Below the pieces are notes generated by a model. That model was not told the DNA's origin. It saw nothing but the letters and a program-made list of their open reading frames with translations, and did not search any database. Both the position numbers and the translations under genes were made by a program. A DNA stretch of 64,000 nt from Vairimorpha necatrix. Taxonomy: Eukaryota. Location of the stretch: positions 496,001 through 560,000 of the forward strand of contig CP142729.1 in NCBI GenBank assembly GCA_036630325.1, written 5' to 3'. Shown in pieces: positions 14,636 through 27,502 of this stretch (positions are counted from its first letter, which is position 1; every line of letters begins with the position of its first letter).

Positions 14636-15887
14636 GTAATAATTTTTATGAAAGCAAAATAAAGATAAAGAAACTAACAGAAAGAATCTGTAGGACGTTT
14701 AAACACATTTCAATTAGAAAAATTGAATAAAACTAAAAATAAGATTTACATTTATAAGTTCGCTTTTTGCGTTATACAAGAAACATTACTCCATCTAGCC
14801 AAAAAATTTACAATTATATCTATAAAAATTAAAATAAAGCCCTGAGTTCAACAATATTTTTCAAAGTTATATGTTTTAATTTTACTCTTTCGTTATCACT
14901 AGAGTTTCTGCTTGATTGAAAAATAGCATCAGTACAGGCCAGACTAAAGACATTAGACCATTAAACATGATCATAAAATATTATTTAAAATCATAAAAAT
15001 GAACTGACCCATCTATATTTGACAATGCCTGTTTGTACTATATTCTAAAAAATGTTAAATTTTAATTTATACAATTTGGTAAGGGCTGATATACAGCAGT
15101 TCTCAGATTAAACCGGAGATCAGAAAACACTATTTATAAACATTTATTTTTTTGTTTAACAATTCTGTTTTTAGGTAAATGTACAATTTTCCCGCCGAGG
15201 AGCATAAATTATAATCATGCCCATGAGAGCTTAAAATACAAAATAACAATTAAGTAACAACCCTATTCGCAAGCTTTTGTCGCCCAACAGTCTATATAAT
15301 TGATTTGAGGGTTGAATGTTTCAAAATTTTTTGCATTCATTAGAATCAATTCTTATTTATTCCTATTGAAAGGATGAATTTAATACTTTTTTGTTTAATT
15401 GTTTGTTTGTAAACAAACAAATACGAATGTGATATTTAGTAAATCGGACATAAGAGCAAATAATAAATAAAATTTGGTCTTTTAAAAATTTAAAAATTTT
15501 TTACAGTTTTTATCAAATTTACATCTATTATTGCTTGCACTAAGATTTTTAAATATTGATTATAATAACCATGTTATTACTTGTAAAGTTGATACTATTA
15601 CAATTATTATAGGTACAACATCATTTATGTTATTTTGTATTAGTTTTTTGTTTAAAATATATTTTATTATATTATAAGTTTTCGTGTAGATTTTATTGTA
15701 CGAACATTAAATTTTGAACTTATTATATCAATGATAATATTAATTAATCTGTAATAAACTTTGATCATTTGAAGTGTTGTTTTTTGCGTTACTACATATC
15801 ATTGTCTATGTAAGTAATATACATATATATTTAGTTGATATCAATTTTTTAATCTCCAAGATTTTAAGTTTTTTTTGTAAAAACCCC

Positions 15888-16481
15888 ATGTGGTTTAAAA
15901 TTTTATTTTTTGTAATAACAATAACTGCCAATAGGGAATTCATGTTATTTTCAATAAAAAACGGGGATGTTTCCACGGTATTTATTGGAATTAATAATAC
16001 AGAAGAAGTTTTTGGATGTGAATTGTACAAATTATTTGTTTATAATATAGATTCAAATACATCGCACCACAGAAAAGATTCCGAAGATTTTCCTTTTCAA
16101 ATAGTTGTATTTGAAAAAAGTAAATATGATGTAGAGCTTCTTACATATTTAGAAAAGGCTTTTCCAACGGATATTCCAGATAAAATGAATTTTATTAGAT
16201 GTAAAATGTTTCTAAAAGCAAGAATTGAACTAAAATCTTGTAAAATTTTTTTTATAGCTAATGTAGTTTCTTCGTATAAAAGTAATAAAAAGCTAATTTA
16301 CAATACAGATGTAAATTATTTAGATAATAACATTCATTTGCATTACATAGAATTTCATCTCAATAATGAGAACTATGATGAATTAAAAAAAATAATGCCG
16401 GATCATTCATATATTTTTATTTTGATTAACAAACAAGATCGAGAAGAAGTCGTTGAAAATGACATAAAAATGAAGGCATAA
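15888..16481 (+). CDS. Orphan family B protein (197 aa), signal-peptide-like N-terminus
   Basis: Start re-assigned from GTG 15774 to ATG 15888, which follows AAACCCC and opens MWFKILFFVITITA. Distant similarity to 24455..25465. Confidence 0.8.
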   Translation: MWFKILFFVITITANREFMLFSIKNGDVSTVFIGINNTEEVFGCELYKLFVYNIDSNTSHHRKDSEDFPFQIVVFEKSKYDVELLTYLEKAFPTDIPDKMNFIRCKMFLKARIELKSCKIFFIANVVSSYKSNKKLIYNTDVNYLDNNIHLHYIEFHLNNENYDELKKIMPDHSYIFILINKQDREEVVENDIKMKA

Positions 16482-18048
16482 TAATTACTTAATAAAATTT
16501 TGCGAAACAAAATAATTTTGAAATGAAAGTAGAAGATAAATATATAATAAAGATTTAATCCATACGGGAAAATATTGTAAAATAAGAAAAGAAAATTTTG
16601 CATTACAAAGAAAGACATGTGATTTAATCTAAAAACGATTAATGTTGTAACTTTAGTACAAAATTGATAAGCGGCTATGTATAACACAAATTCAATTTCC
16701 TTTCGTATAAGCTATCCTTTCTTAAAAAAATAAAAATATTTGAAATATTTAGCTTATTATTAAAAAAAACTTTTAAAATAGTTTGTAGAAAAGACAGATT
16801 TTTTTTTATTACATTTATGACTACTAATTTTTTTTAATGCAAAACATACAACTGTTTATGTGATGTTATGGACTACATCACAACAATGGATGTCATAATA
16901 TCATCTGTCGAATATTTCATATCGTAAATAAATTAACAAACAAAAGAATATTGCAGAAACATAATTATAAATGTAAAAGCATGAATTTTTATTAAAATTG
17001 CTGAACAGTATTCTAATATTAAAAATAAAATATATAAAGAAGTTTGCCTTGAAGTGTATGGAATATCAGAGAAGTCGAAACACCATCATTAAAATTATTA
17101 ATATTTACAATATTTTAGAAAGCTATTTTAAATATAGCACAGTCCCGTTTATAAAGTATTTACTTGATTTGCATAAGTAATTTTCTCCTTTGAAATTTTT
17201 CCTCACAAATATAATTGTTTTAAAAAATTAGAAACTAAAAGGTAAACCAATCAAGCTTGTTTGTTTTCAAAATAAGAAATCTTAAGCTATAAATTGATAT
17301 GCAACATTATAGCAAATATTGATTTTTTTGTCTTACATAATTTCTTAAATAATTAATATTCAGTATTTAATCATTTAGCTTATTTTAACATAAAAATACA
17401 ACTTCAAATAATATAAACATAATTATTTAGTCGTACTTTTTTTACTATTTTTTTTATATCTATTAAACTATTTGTATAATTTTTTATATTTTTACATGAA
17501 TACTATATAATTGTTCGATGCTTTGGTTGTAACGTTCTTGACAAGAAATACAACATTGAAATATGACCCTCAATTAGCTTTTAGACTTCATAAATACGAT
17601 CGTGTTTTTAATATTTATTTACATTTTTTAACAAAAATAAAAAGAAAAATTTTTTAAAAAATTCAAGAAATAAATTTAATAATATATTTTAGATACTTAT
17701 TATTTTAAGCAACATGCAATGCAAAATTATTTAAGTAAAAAAGCCCTTATACCTAAATAATTGTATTTCAAATAATAAATAAAATAAAATAATTTTAATT
17801 TTTGGCAATATTTAGCATTGAACCAACAAGAAATTTTTATAGAAAAATTTATAATCAGTATTAAAAATGTACTTTAAAATTTAACATGTATTATTTATCA
17901 GAAGTTAATAAAAAAGGAGTTATAGATTTAACCATAATTAACAACAGAAAGAGATCCATTAAGAACTAATTAAAAGGCATTTATACCATCCTAAAATAAT
18001 ATAGAATGTCTACTTGTAGTGAACGATGTATTAATAGAAATAGAGGGC

Positions 18049-19775
18049 GGGTACCCGTAAATTCGCCTACAGGCGAATTTACGGTTTTTCGCCAAAAGTT
18101 CAAAAATGGTTGTTTTTCGCCAAAAATTTTGCCCATAAAATTTTTCCTTTTTTCGCCGAAAATCTACCCTTAAAAAAATGAACGACAACTTTGAAATTTT
18201 TAAAGGTCAACGTGGGGGGCAAAATCTTATCTATGAAGATCAGATATACACTTTAGACTACAATAAGGACGGCACTAGGCGATGGAGGTGCCGTAATAGG
18301 TCTTGTAGAGGTGCCATTACAATGAATGAACAAAACGAAATCGTTTAAAAAGTTATTCATTCACATGAACCAGTACCTGAGAAATGCATGTTTAAAAGAA
18401 CTTTTAAAAAAATAAAAGAACAAGTTGCTACAAGTAATGAAAACTCATTAGAAATAATAAAAAAACAACTCCCAGTATTGTCAACCAGCTTAGATATTAC
18501 TAAAATGCCTTCCATAGAATATTTAAGAGATACAATCAAACGAACAAGAAATTCAAGACTCGGATTTATAACTGGTTGCATTATGGATATACCCGAAGTC
18601 TTGCAAGTAGATTCTAAAAAAATCGTTTTCTTAGGTTTGATAGTGGTATGCAGGATAATGATAGATTTATAATATTTTTTTCAAAATTCAAAAAAAGTAG
18701 GATTGAAAAAATAGACACGTTCGTCGTCTATGGAACGTTTAAATCTTCTTTTCAAGTATTTTACCAAATTGTCGTCTTTCATGGACATATATTTGGCAAA
18801 AGTTTTCCATACATTTATATTCTACTCAAGGGAAAAAGTGAAAGGTCATATTCTAGAGCCTTCGATAAATGCAAGGAATTAGTTACTATGAATGTTGAAA
18901 ACTTTGTGACTGATTTTGAGAGAGGATTGGTCAATGCATTACGAATATCTTTCCCTGAAGCAAACTTTAATGGATGCTTGTTTCATCTTGGGCAGGCAGC
19001 CTATAAAAGAGTCGGGGCAATGGAAGACATAGAAAAGTTTAAAAATGATTCTAACTATAATCTAGTATTCAAAAGGATTCTTAGATTAGCTTTTGTGCCA
19101 AGACGAGATGTTCCGGGTTTTATGAAGATATTAAGAAATTTATACAAGATAATTCAATTACAACCACAGCTAACTTTCAGTTGTACTTTGAAAATAATTA
19201 TTTAGTTTCCCATGTAACAAGAGAAGATAATGGTGGGAGAGCTGTCGACAATATAAATTTTTGGAATGTATTTGATAGTTTAAAAAATGAAATTTCTCGA
19301 ACTTCTAACAATGCAGAAAGCTGGAATAGAATCATCAACAAGAGAATGGAGACAAGAAATACAAATATTGCTCTTTTTATTTCAAGAATACCCGATTGTG
19401 AAGAAATGGATATATATAATCTAAAACGTTATAAAAAAGAATTATTTGAAGCTAAAAAAACCAAAAAAGCGGAGGAAAAAATTAGAATAATCGTTAAAAA
19501 TTATAAACATTATTCTCGTGAAGAGTACATGAATGCTTTACTGCAACACGTGAATTTCAAATGCGAATAAGTTAATTCAATGAACCTATTTTTATTATAA
19601 ATGCTTTTTTTATAACCAATAAATTTTAATTAAAATTATAATAAAGCTTTTCAAATCTTTTATTTCTTTCTTAATACCAATAAATTTTTTTTGTATTTTT
19701 TGGCGAAAAAACGAGCAAATTTTAATTTTTGGCAATAGCCCGTAAATTCGCCTACAGGCGATTTTACGGTTACCG
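18049..19775 (+). mobile_element. Mutator-like (MULE) DNA transposon, full length, inactivated
   Basis: TIRs GGGTACCCGTAAATTCGCC.../...GGCGATTTTACGGTTACCG, perfect 9-bp TSD ATAGAGGGC (18040-18048 and 19776-19784), and internal transposase remnants. Confidence 0.95.
18178..19570 (+). pseudogene. MULE transposase with N-terminal FLYWCH-type zinc finger, disrupted
   Basis: ATG 18178 follows ACCCTTAAAAAA. WRCRNRSCRG...HSH finger is interrupted by TAA at 18346. MULE motifs YGTFKS (normally DGTF), VTDFERGLVNAL, GCLFHLGQA and RTSNNAESWN. Two frameshifts near 18620-18660 and 19130-19190. Confidence 0.9.
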
Positions 19776-20682
19776 ATAGAGGGCTTACTAAAAATATGAT
19801 ATTGCAGTCTAGTATAAAAACTACATAAAGTTTATATTTGAAAACTTTCATATCTAAATAAACATAAAAAAATTTTACAACTCAAATTGTTTACACTCAT
19901 AAGTGGTTATACAAGATTTGGTATAGCGAACAGACAAATATGAAAAAAAGGTTTTAACTATTTTTTACGTAATTAAGTGCAAGCCTATTGTAATTCGTCA
20001 TAAAGTTGTAGACTGCGCATTATGCTAAAATTAGAAAGCATATGTTATAGTTTAAAACCACAAAGACGTAGATAAACATTGCATTTAAAAAAGTACAGTA
20101 TGTTTTTAATCTAATCCTTATTTTAAACTGAAATCAAACGGCTGTTATTATCAGTAAATGTAAAATTTGAGCCCAAGTCATTTCCATATACGGCGGGCTT
20201 ACGACTTATAACATTATAAAAAAATCTTTAGGTTTGTATTTATTCCACATGACCATCTAGTCAAAATTTATGTAAAGAAATATGGTCATTATGGAGAAAA
20301 TCATCTTTCTATTAGTTACAACATTTTTTAAAATTGTATGTTTTTATATTCTGTTTAATCCAGAATATAAAACAAAGGAAAATATCTTTGCAACTATAAT
20401 CACAAAAAATAAAATCGGAGTATTTTGTTTCGTTCTTTATTTAACTTTGAATTGTGCTTAAAATGGGATTAATTACCAGTTTTCTGTATGTCAATATTGT
20501 TTAGCCGAATTAGAACCTTCTTTGGTATTATTTTTAGTTTAAAATGAAATGGTCAACGTAAAATAGATAAAATTTTTATTTTGAAAAAAAGTTTATTTCA
20601 CATCGTGTCAAATATTTTTACAAAGTCATAAGATTTAACAAATCAAAATATTTATTTATATTTAAATCTATCAATTTAAATA

Positions 20683-20815
20683 ATGTCACACGACGATATC
20701 TCTGTGATTCGTACGTTAAAGCAAGACTCTGCGTCTCAAACCCTTGGCTGTCATGTCAAATACGGCCAAATCTTCGGCGGAATCAATTACGTCATCTCGA
20801 CAAACAAAGGCCGAT
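20683..20815 (+). repeat. Dispersed ~125-bp GC-richer repeat, copy 1 (partner 29037..29168)
   Basis: Shared ordered blocks ATGTCACACGAC, AAGACT, GGCTGTCATGTC, TACGGCC, CAATT, CATCTC(C)GACAA. Confidence 0.75.
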
Positions 20816-21199
20816 TCATAAAGTGTATGGTGTAAATTATAATATCTAAAACCATTGAGTTGCTCAAAAAAATAGCATTCGCTTTTAAATTATATACGGA
20901 CATCAATTGTAAATAAAGCATTAAAAACATACTTTAGCTTTCGCTGTGAAAAAGAAGTACAACTATCAATAAGGATTTCAAGAAACATATTGTATAAACA
21001 TGAAGACAGACGGAAGTCATCGTTTACAAATAATAATATCAGAAACTGTTTCTTACTAAAATAACATATAATCTCATTAAAGAAAAATCTGAAGTATATT
21101 TATGGAATTTTATGATTTATTTAACGCTATATTTCGCATTTATAATTAATAAATAATAAAAAAAAGTAAAGCCAGCAGATCATACACAAATGGAACGTA

Positions 21200-22661
21200 T
21201 TTATTTACAAATTTGTCGTTTTGAAGTGTCGAGAATGCACAAAAAATATTATCCCACGTGTTTTGCGCCCATTTTGTTTAAATTTCTTTATATCTTATTG
21301 TTTCCTCAAATAGTTTTACCAAATCAATTTAACCAGAATTTTTCTAGATCAATCAATATTGATATGTCTCTTATTGTTTTTAAAAGAAATATATAAGAAT
21401 AATTATTGCTGTTTACAAAATTTTTAATTCCATAATTAAACATATTTTGATCATATTAGTAATATTATCATCTTCATAACTTTATTTCAATAAAACCTTT
21501 CGATATTTCGTTTTGTATTTTTTTTTCTTACCTGTAATCCATAATACGCCTTTATAGAAGTTATTGATATTGCTTGTCAAAAGTTTTTAATTGATTTACA
21601 TATAATATGAGATGATTTACGAATTCCTCTGTAAAATATAAAAATTGCAGACTCTTTGTTGTTATATATACGTTCCAGAATTTTGGTTAGTGAGTAATTA
21701 CTCTTTATTAATTTATATAATAAAGTAATTTCTTTATTGTTATTTCGATAGGTAATACTGAAATTTACAAATCTTACAAAATCATCAAATTTTTTTTTGT
21801 TTACATTTTTTTTTCCTATCTTTGAACTTCTGTACTTTTTTATCACAAAAAACGCAATAGTATCTGATCCATTTTTATAAAATATAATGTCTTTTTAAAA
21901 TTAAAAGTGAAATAATGATTATCATGATCTAATTTATTAAGAATGTACTATTTAGATTTTTTTTTATGATCTTGTGAAATCTCATATAATTCATTAAGGT
22001 CATAAAAATTATAATTCTGTAGGATAATTCCGAGAGCACGCTCATCAAATTACTAAGTGTAAATCGTTTTTCTAATTGTCTTGTGAAAATTCTCTCTAGA
22101 TCTAATTCCAGTAAGTTGATTTCAACAAAATAATAAATTTCTTTTATTTCAAACCCAAAGTTGTAAACGTAGGAAGATTTGTCCTCAAGAGATTGACATT
22201 TTCACTTCTATTTTTCTAAATTTAAAAAACTAAATGGTTCAAATTTTTTAAATTATTAATTTATAGTAAAAACCTCTATCTTCATTTTTATTTTCTGTAT
22301 TATACTCTTATAAATTATTGATAATTGTATTTTAATCATTTGAAAGATGATTTTCATAAACTACACACTAGGATAATCGTTTGATTTCTTATCTTCGGAA
22401 GGCATTTTTTGCGCTTTTCTGTAATAGTCTTAAGTCCTTCAGTCGTCATGAATATGATTTATATCCTTTTCTGTTTATCGAGGAGCATGTCAAATATAAT
22501 ATCATTATGTTTAATATAATCTGATTTGTAAGATTTGTTTGTATCATATGTAAAATATTTTTTCTTTGTCATGTATTTATTTATAATAATTTAAGTTTAA
22601 GTTTCAAAGGATATGTAGTTTTTACAAATAAAATACAAATGAAAAATTTTGCAACTATCAT
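21200..22661 (-). pseudogene. Family A pseudogene (3' boundary approximate)
   Basis: ATG 22661 gives MIVAKFFICILFVKTTYPL (compare MISIKNFSFILLVKATGYL). Internal KKFDDFVRFVNF...NYSLTKILERIYNNKESAIFIF and terminal QNTWDNIF match family A. Many stops and frameshifts; CCC motif eroded. Confidence 0.85.
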
Positions 22662-24031
22662 TAAGATAATAATTTCTAAAAATACATATAATACAAAGAA
22701 TTTTGTTAAATCTAAAACATCCTTAATAATTATCAACAACAAAAAGTATAGGTAATAGTTTACTAAAGTTGATTGAATCAAAATGTTTTTTCATTAATAA
22801 AAGGTTCTTTTGCCTTTCCAAAGTGTATCTGACAGAAAAAAAATAACGCATACAGTTAGGATTTGAAGCTGTGTTTGTAACTAGTTAACAAAATATAACG
22901 AAATAAATAATCCAGTTAATCTCATCACATAGGAGTTAATTTATTTAGAATACTATAAAACGTTGATTTAAATTCTAAACCGAAAATATCGATTTGTAAT
23001 CAAAATAAACTGAAAAAAACATAAAATATATGATATTAGACGCTTTAATAGCACAAATTATGGTTTTTTTGATTTTTTGAACATTGATTTATGAAAAATG
23101 TTAGACGAAGTGATAAATCATGTAAGTATCAGGAAATCTTTATTAAGAAAATAATTATTATTTTGAATGTTAAGATTAAACACGACATCGAATAATTTGG
23201 TGAAAAATGTATTTTTTATACACAAAATGGACGGATTGAATTGCATTTAGTCACAAAAATGGATTAGAAAATTACCTCATACGTCTTTTATGTTGGGAAA
23301 TATAAGAACAAATACAATTTACTCAGAAAGAGCTTTTATTTAATCTCGATATATTTTAGATAAAATCTATGCGAAAATTTAAATCTTAAACTAGTTATTA
23401 TACGGGTATTTGTAATGGCCTTTATTAATGAATGTAAAACATCATTCATTAATCAGCTAGTTTATATTATTTTCTCATACCAAATGTCAATCATTTGTTT
23501 GTTTACAAACAACTAGCTATTTAAAATTTTTAAAACAGCCCCAAACACAGGGGGATAAGCATTTAAAATAATAAAAACCATAATACTTCAAATTATAGTT
23601 ACAAAAAAAAACCAACAATCTCATTAGGACTTTAGTCGCTTGTTGTACGTCAGTATAATAAAACAGCATTATTTATCATTTTATTCTAAGCGCTTACAAG
23701 CAATCTAATAAACAAGTTTTCAATAAATAATTCGGTCTTAGATTATAACATTCAAGATAAACACCAAGCAAGGTAGATATATGGTTATACTTATATTTTT
23801 TACTTATCATACCTCTTTCTACCCTGAATTTTTTTAATTAAATTTACAAAAATACGATCTTAAAACGATATTTGCTTTTTTTTTGTAATACCGCTGTTTT
23901 ACATGTACATCACAGTGGTTTGTGCACTTTTTGCGAAATTATGTTATTCCCAGTATCTAAATATTTAATATACAACGAACTGAAGTCTATAACAAAAAAG
24001 AGTCCTTTAAAAGACTTTAGAAAGCTTAACT

Positions 24032-24147
24032 ATGTCAGTCGGACATGGTCTTGATACTGATCAGGAAGGAGGTTTTGAGAATACAATGCGTGGGTTTCTG
24101 ATGGAACTCCGGGAACTGTCAAAAGATTTTGTAAGCGTATCTTGTGA
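24032..24147 (+). repeat. Dispersed ~115-bp repeat, copy 2 (partner 3615..3728)
   Basis: Same ordered blocks as the reverse complement of 3615..3728. Confidence 0.75.
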
Positions 24148-24454
24148 AAAGTAATTAGTGAGTAAGATATTATATTATACCAAAAAAAAGTATTTTAATT
24201 AAACATTTTTTTATAAATTCATTGGCATTCAATATATGTATAATTCTCAAACTTTAATGTTAAAAACAAGATTTTTCTTCTTTTGTAAATAATTTGTTGA
24301 GTCTTTAGTTGACTTATATAAAAACACTCGTCTTTCGTAATCTTAAAATTCAACAAATGAAAATTAATTCAGACATATTGTGATAGTAGTTTATATTAAA
24401 AGATTTATTAATTGAATCTTAAAAATACAAAAAATAGAAGTATTCCTAAAATGA

Positions 24455-25465
24455 CTAGGTCGTATAAAAAAAAAACTTTCCATCTTTTATCTTCTTCGGT
24501 CTTTTATTACTATTATCGTCATTGTCAGCCCTCTCCTTATCAGTCAAATGCTCCTCTTTATTTTTGATGTTATATTCATTAACATCCAAGTCACGTACTG
24601 ATTTATCGCCTGTACTCGTGCCATTTAGTTTTTCGATATAGTTTCCTTCTTTAATAGAAATAACTGAACTTCTGACTAATATAGATTCATTATGTTTTTC
24701 ATTTTTATCTTTTTCGACGTCCATTGCATTTAAATTATCAAAATCTTGTTCGTTTTTATCGAGTTCACAAATTTTTTTATAAAGAACTGTAACATCAGTT
24801 TCTTTAGAACTATGCTTTAATGAAAATTTTTCATTAAAATTTGAATCGTTCGTGGTATCGATATTCGAAATAACTTTGTCTTCTTTCAGTTTAACAAATG
24901 ATGGTAGAATCAATATGTTTTTTTTATATAATAAAGGAATAAATAAAGATGCATTATCAGATAAGTAATTATAAAATTTGCACCATTGTAGATCATACAT
25001 GCTTCGTGATCTTGTAAAATGTAATTTTTCACTTGTCGAATATTTATCAACTGTCAGCAAATTATTTGTATGCATTTTGCCGATGAAATAACACTTTTCA
25101 GTATCTAGTTTTATTTCTGCCATTAGTATTATTTTACTATCTAAAAATTCTTTTACCAAATTTGAATCTTCTTTGTTAGATATTTTATGAGATTCCAAAA
25201 AATGTTCGAGCACTTCTTTGTCCAATGAAGAAAGAAATCTGAAATAATATGGCCCAATATAGTTAGATGTTTCAGATATAATGTTATACGAGGTTATCGA
25301 GGAATCTGGATTTGCTTCATCTACTATCTCGCTGATTATATAAGTTGCTGGAAAATTTTCATCATTTAAAGCTATATAAACCTCTCCGTTTTCTTTGCCA
25401 ATAGGAATGACAAACATATTAGTAGAACATTTTATTATGAATACTATAAAAAATAAAACTATCAT
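24455..25465 (-). CDS. Orphan family B protein (336 aa), signal-peptide-like N-terminus, charged tail with KRPKKIK
   Basis: TACCCC directly before the ATG; MIVLFFIVFIIKCS hydrophobic leader. FLDSKIILMAEIKLDTEKCYFI resembles FIRCKMFLKARIELKSCKIFFI of 15888..16481. Confidence 0.88.
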   Translation of the reverse strand: MIVLFFIVFIIKCSTNMFVIPIGKENGEVYIALNDENFPATYIISEIVDEANPDSSITSYNIISETSNYIGPYYFRFLSSLDKEVLEHFLESHKISNKEDSNLVKEFLDSKIILMAEIKLDTEKCYFIGKMHTNNLLTVDKYSTSEKLHFTRSRSMYDLQWCKFYNYLSDNASLFIPLLYKKNILILPSFVKLKEDKVISNIDTTNDSNFNEKFSLKHSSKETDVTVLYKKICELDKNEQDFDNLNAMDVEKDKNEKHNESILVRSSVISIKEGNYIEKLNGTSTGDKSVRDLDVNEYNIKNKEEHLTDKERADNDDNSNKRPKKIKDGKFFFYTT

Positions 25466-26340
25466 GGGGTATTAGAAAATAATTTTTTATAGTAAAATTT
25501 AAATTAATTTTATAAATTAAAATTTAACTACAAAATATTTAAAAAGACTATAATTTTATAATATTTTTTTAATTACGAAAACGATAACATATTTATATTA
25601 TGAAAGATTTTTAATTTAATATGAAATTAGACGTCTTGTTTTTTATTTAGAAAAAAATTATAAAACTGTAGGTTTTCGAGAATTTGAAATTTACAAACGA
25701 CAATTTTTAATCTATTTTTTAAAAAAATTTGACGTTATAAAAACGAGTTTTCGAAATAATAAAAATATGAAATTAGATCATTCTAAGTTAATTATATTTA
25801 TGTAAGATGTTTCCTTAAACAATCATCATGTTTTTATGTTTCTGTAAATTAAAAAAATCATGTTTTTATATATTTTATTGATTATTCGAGATCAAATGTA
25901 AACATGACTCTGCCATTATATTTATTATGATAAATTAAGCAACATTTTTATAATGATTATTTTTATAATTTTTAAAAGCAAACTGCTAAAACTAAATTCA
26001 TTATAATGTCGAAGAAAGAGTACTATTAATCCTCGCATTTTAGAGTGGTAATTTTTATTTTTGCACCCAAAGTCGCAATTCAAGAAGGAACAAGAAATGG
26101 ACAGAAAAGCTGACCATTTTTAGTATTAAGAATGAAAATTATCCCCTTTATATGCAAATTATGAATTTAAATTCGTTTTCCTACTAAACCATACTTAAAG
26201 ATCATATTTGATCTAATTTATAATTTCCGTTTCACGCTACATAAACATTCGAAAAATAAAATATGTGTTTAATTGTCCCTCCCTAAAGTATCAATAATTT
26301 AAACCATTCTTGTTTAATAGTGCATTTTTTTTATTTTATA

Positions 26341-26843
26341 ATAGTGTATGCTGTCCCGTTTTGAAAATGGGATTTAAATGTTTTGCAAAAAAAAATGTAC
26401 CTCTAACCTCTAGTATGATTATTTTTTTTTAGATTTCCATTTTAGGAAGAGCTGATTTCAAAATGAGATGGTATGATTTTAGAAACACTTTTTGAGTAAC
26501 ATTTAAAGAGTAAAATGAAGTTAAAAATACTTTTGAATCTTAATGAGATTATTTTGAGGACCATTAAAGCTCTACTTTGGCACTTATTGTTCAAAATCTT
26601 TATTGAAAAAATATTTTTGCGATTTTTTGTGGAAGGGCTTGAAAATTCACAAAAACGATTCTGACGATATTTTTGTAATAAGTTTAAAACAGAAAACAAG
26701 GTTTCTTATATTGTAGTTTACGCAATCATAATTACATAATTGATTTATAATTTCACATTTTATTTCAAATTGAAAAAGCTGACTTTAGCCAAGATATTTT
26801 AAAAAAGAAAAAGAGGGGTGAAAAATAAAGTCTATTTGTATGA
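26341..26843 (-). mobile_element. Degenerate non-autonomous Helitron copy
   Basis: On the + strand GTATGCTGTCCCGTTTTGAAAATGGGAT, AAAAACGATTCTGAC and AAAAAGAGGGGTGAAAAA match the 50070..51626 units; termini mutated. Confidence 0.75.
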
Positions 26844-27502
26844 AATAGTCAACATTTACTGTTATAAAAAAAGATTAACTAGATCTATTATTTATTGTTT
26901 TTTTGTCCTTTCGGAAGAAAAGATAAAAAAGGAAAATTGTGGGTTCTCAAAAAATACCATAACAATGTAAATAATAAAAAAGTCAAACGTTGTTATAGTA
27001 TACGATTAAAATATTGTTAAATACTTTGCGCGATTTTTACATGCAAAATTTTCATTAATTTAATAATAGAAGTCAAAAAATGATTTTTTTTTTCTCGTTT
27101 TTTTATATAGGAAAGATATATAGATTAATGTTATAACTTTTCTGCAAAAAATTTATGCAGCGTAATCCTTTTCGAGTGAACTTTTTATAATAATTCTTAC
27201 TGCATTTTGGTAAATGTAAAAAACACAGCAAGAAGCAAGCATTTTACTTGATTTTTATAATATTTTTTAACATGTTCATTAGCTATGAATTTGTGCGTAT
27301 ATTATGACATTGAATTGTATTTAAATTCATTTTTCTTTTAAATAAAACAAACAAATGATCTAAAAAACATATTATATAAAAAGCGATGTAATTATAGGCA
27401 ATATTTATTTCATCTTTTATTCAAAATTTATTTATGATTTTGAGAAAAAATTAATATACGATAAAACAAGTTACCTTATATAATTTTAAAATTATTGCCC
27501 CA

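Noticed and set aside
15774-15887. GTG-initiated N-terminal extension of the family B gene
   Set aside because: The CCCC-ATG at 15888 gives a proper leader matching the paralogue; the same logic applies to TTG 55381.
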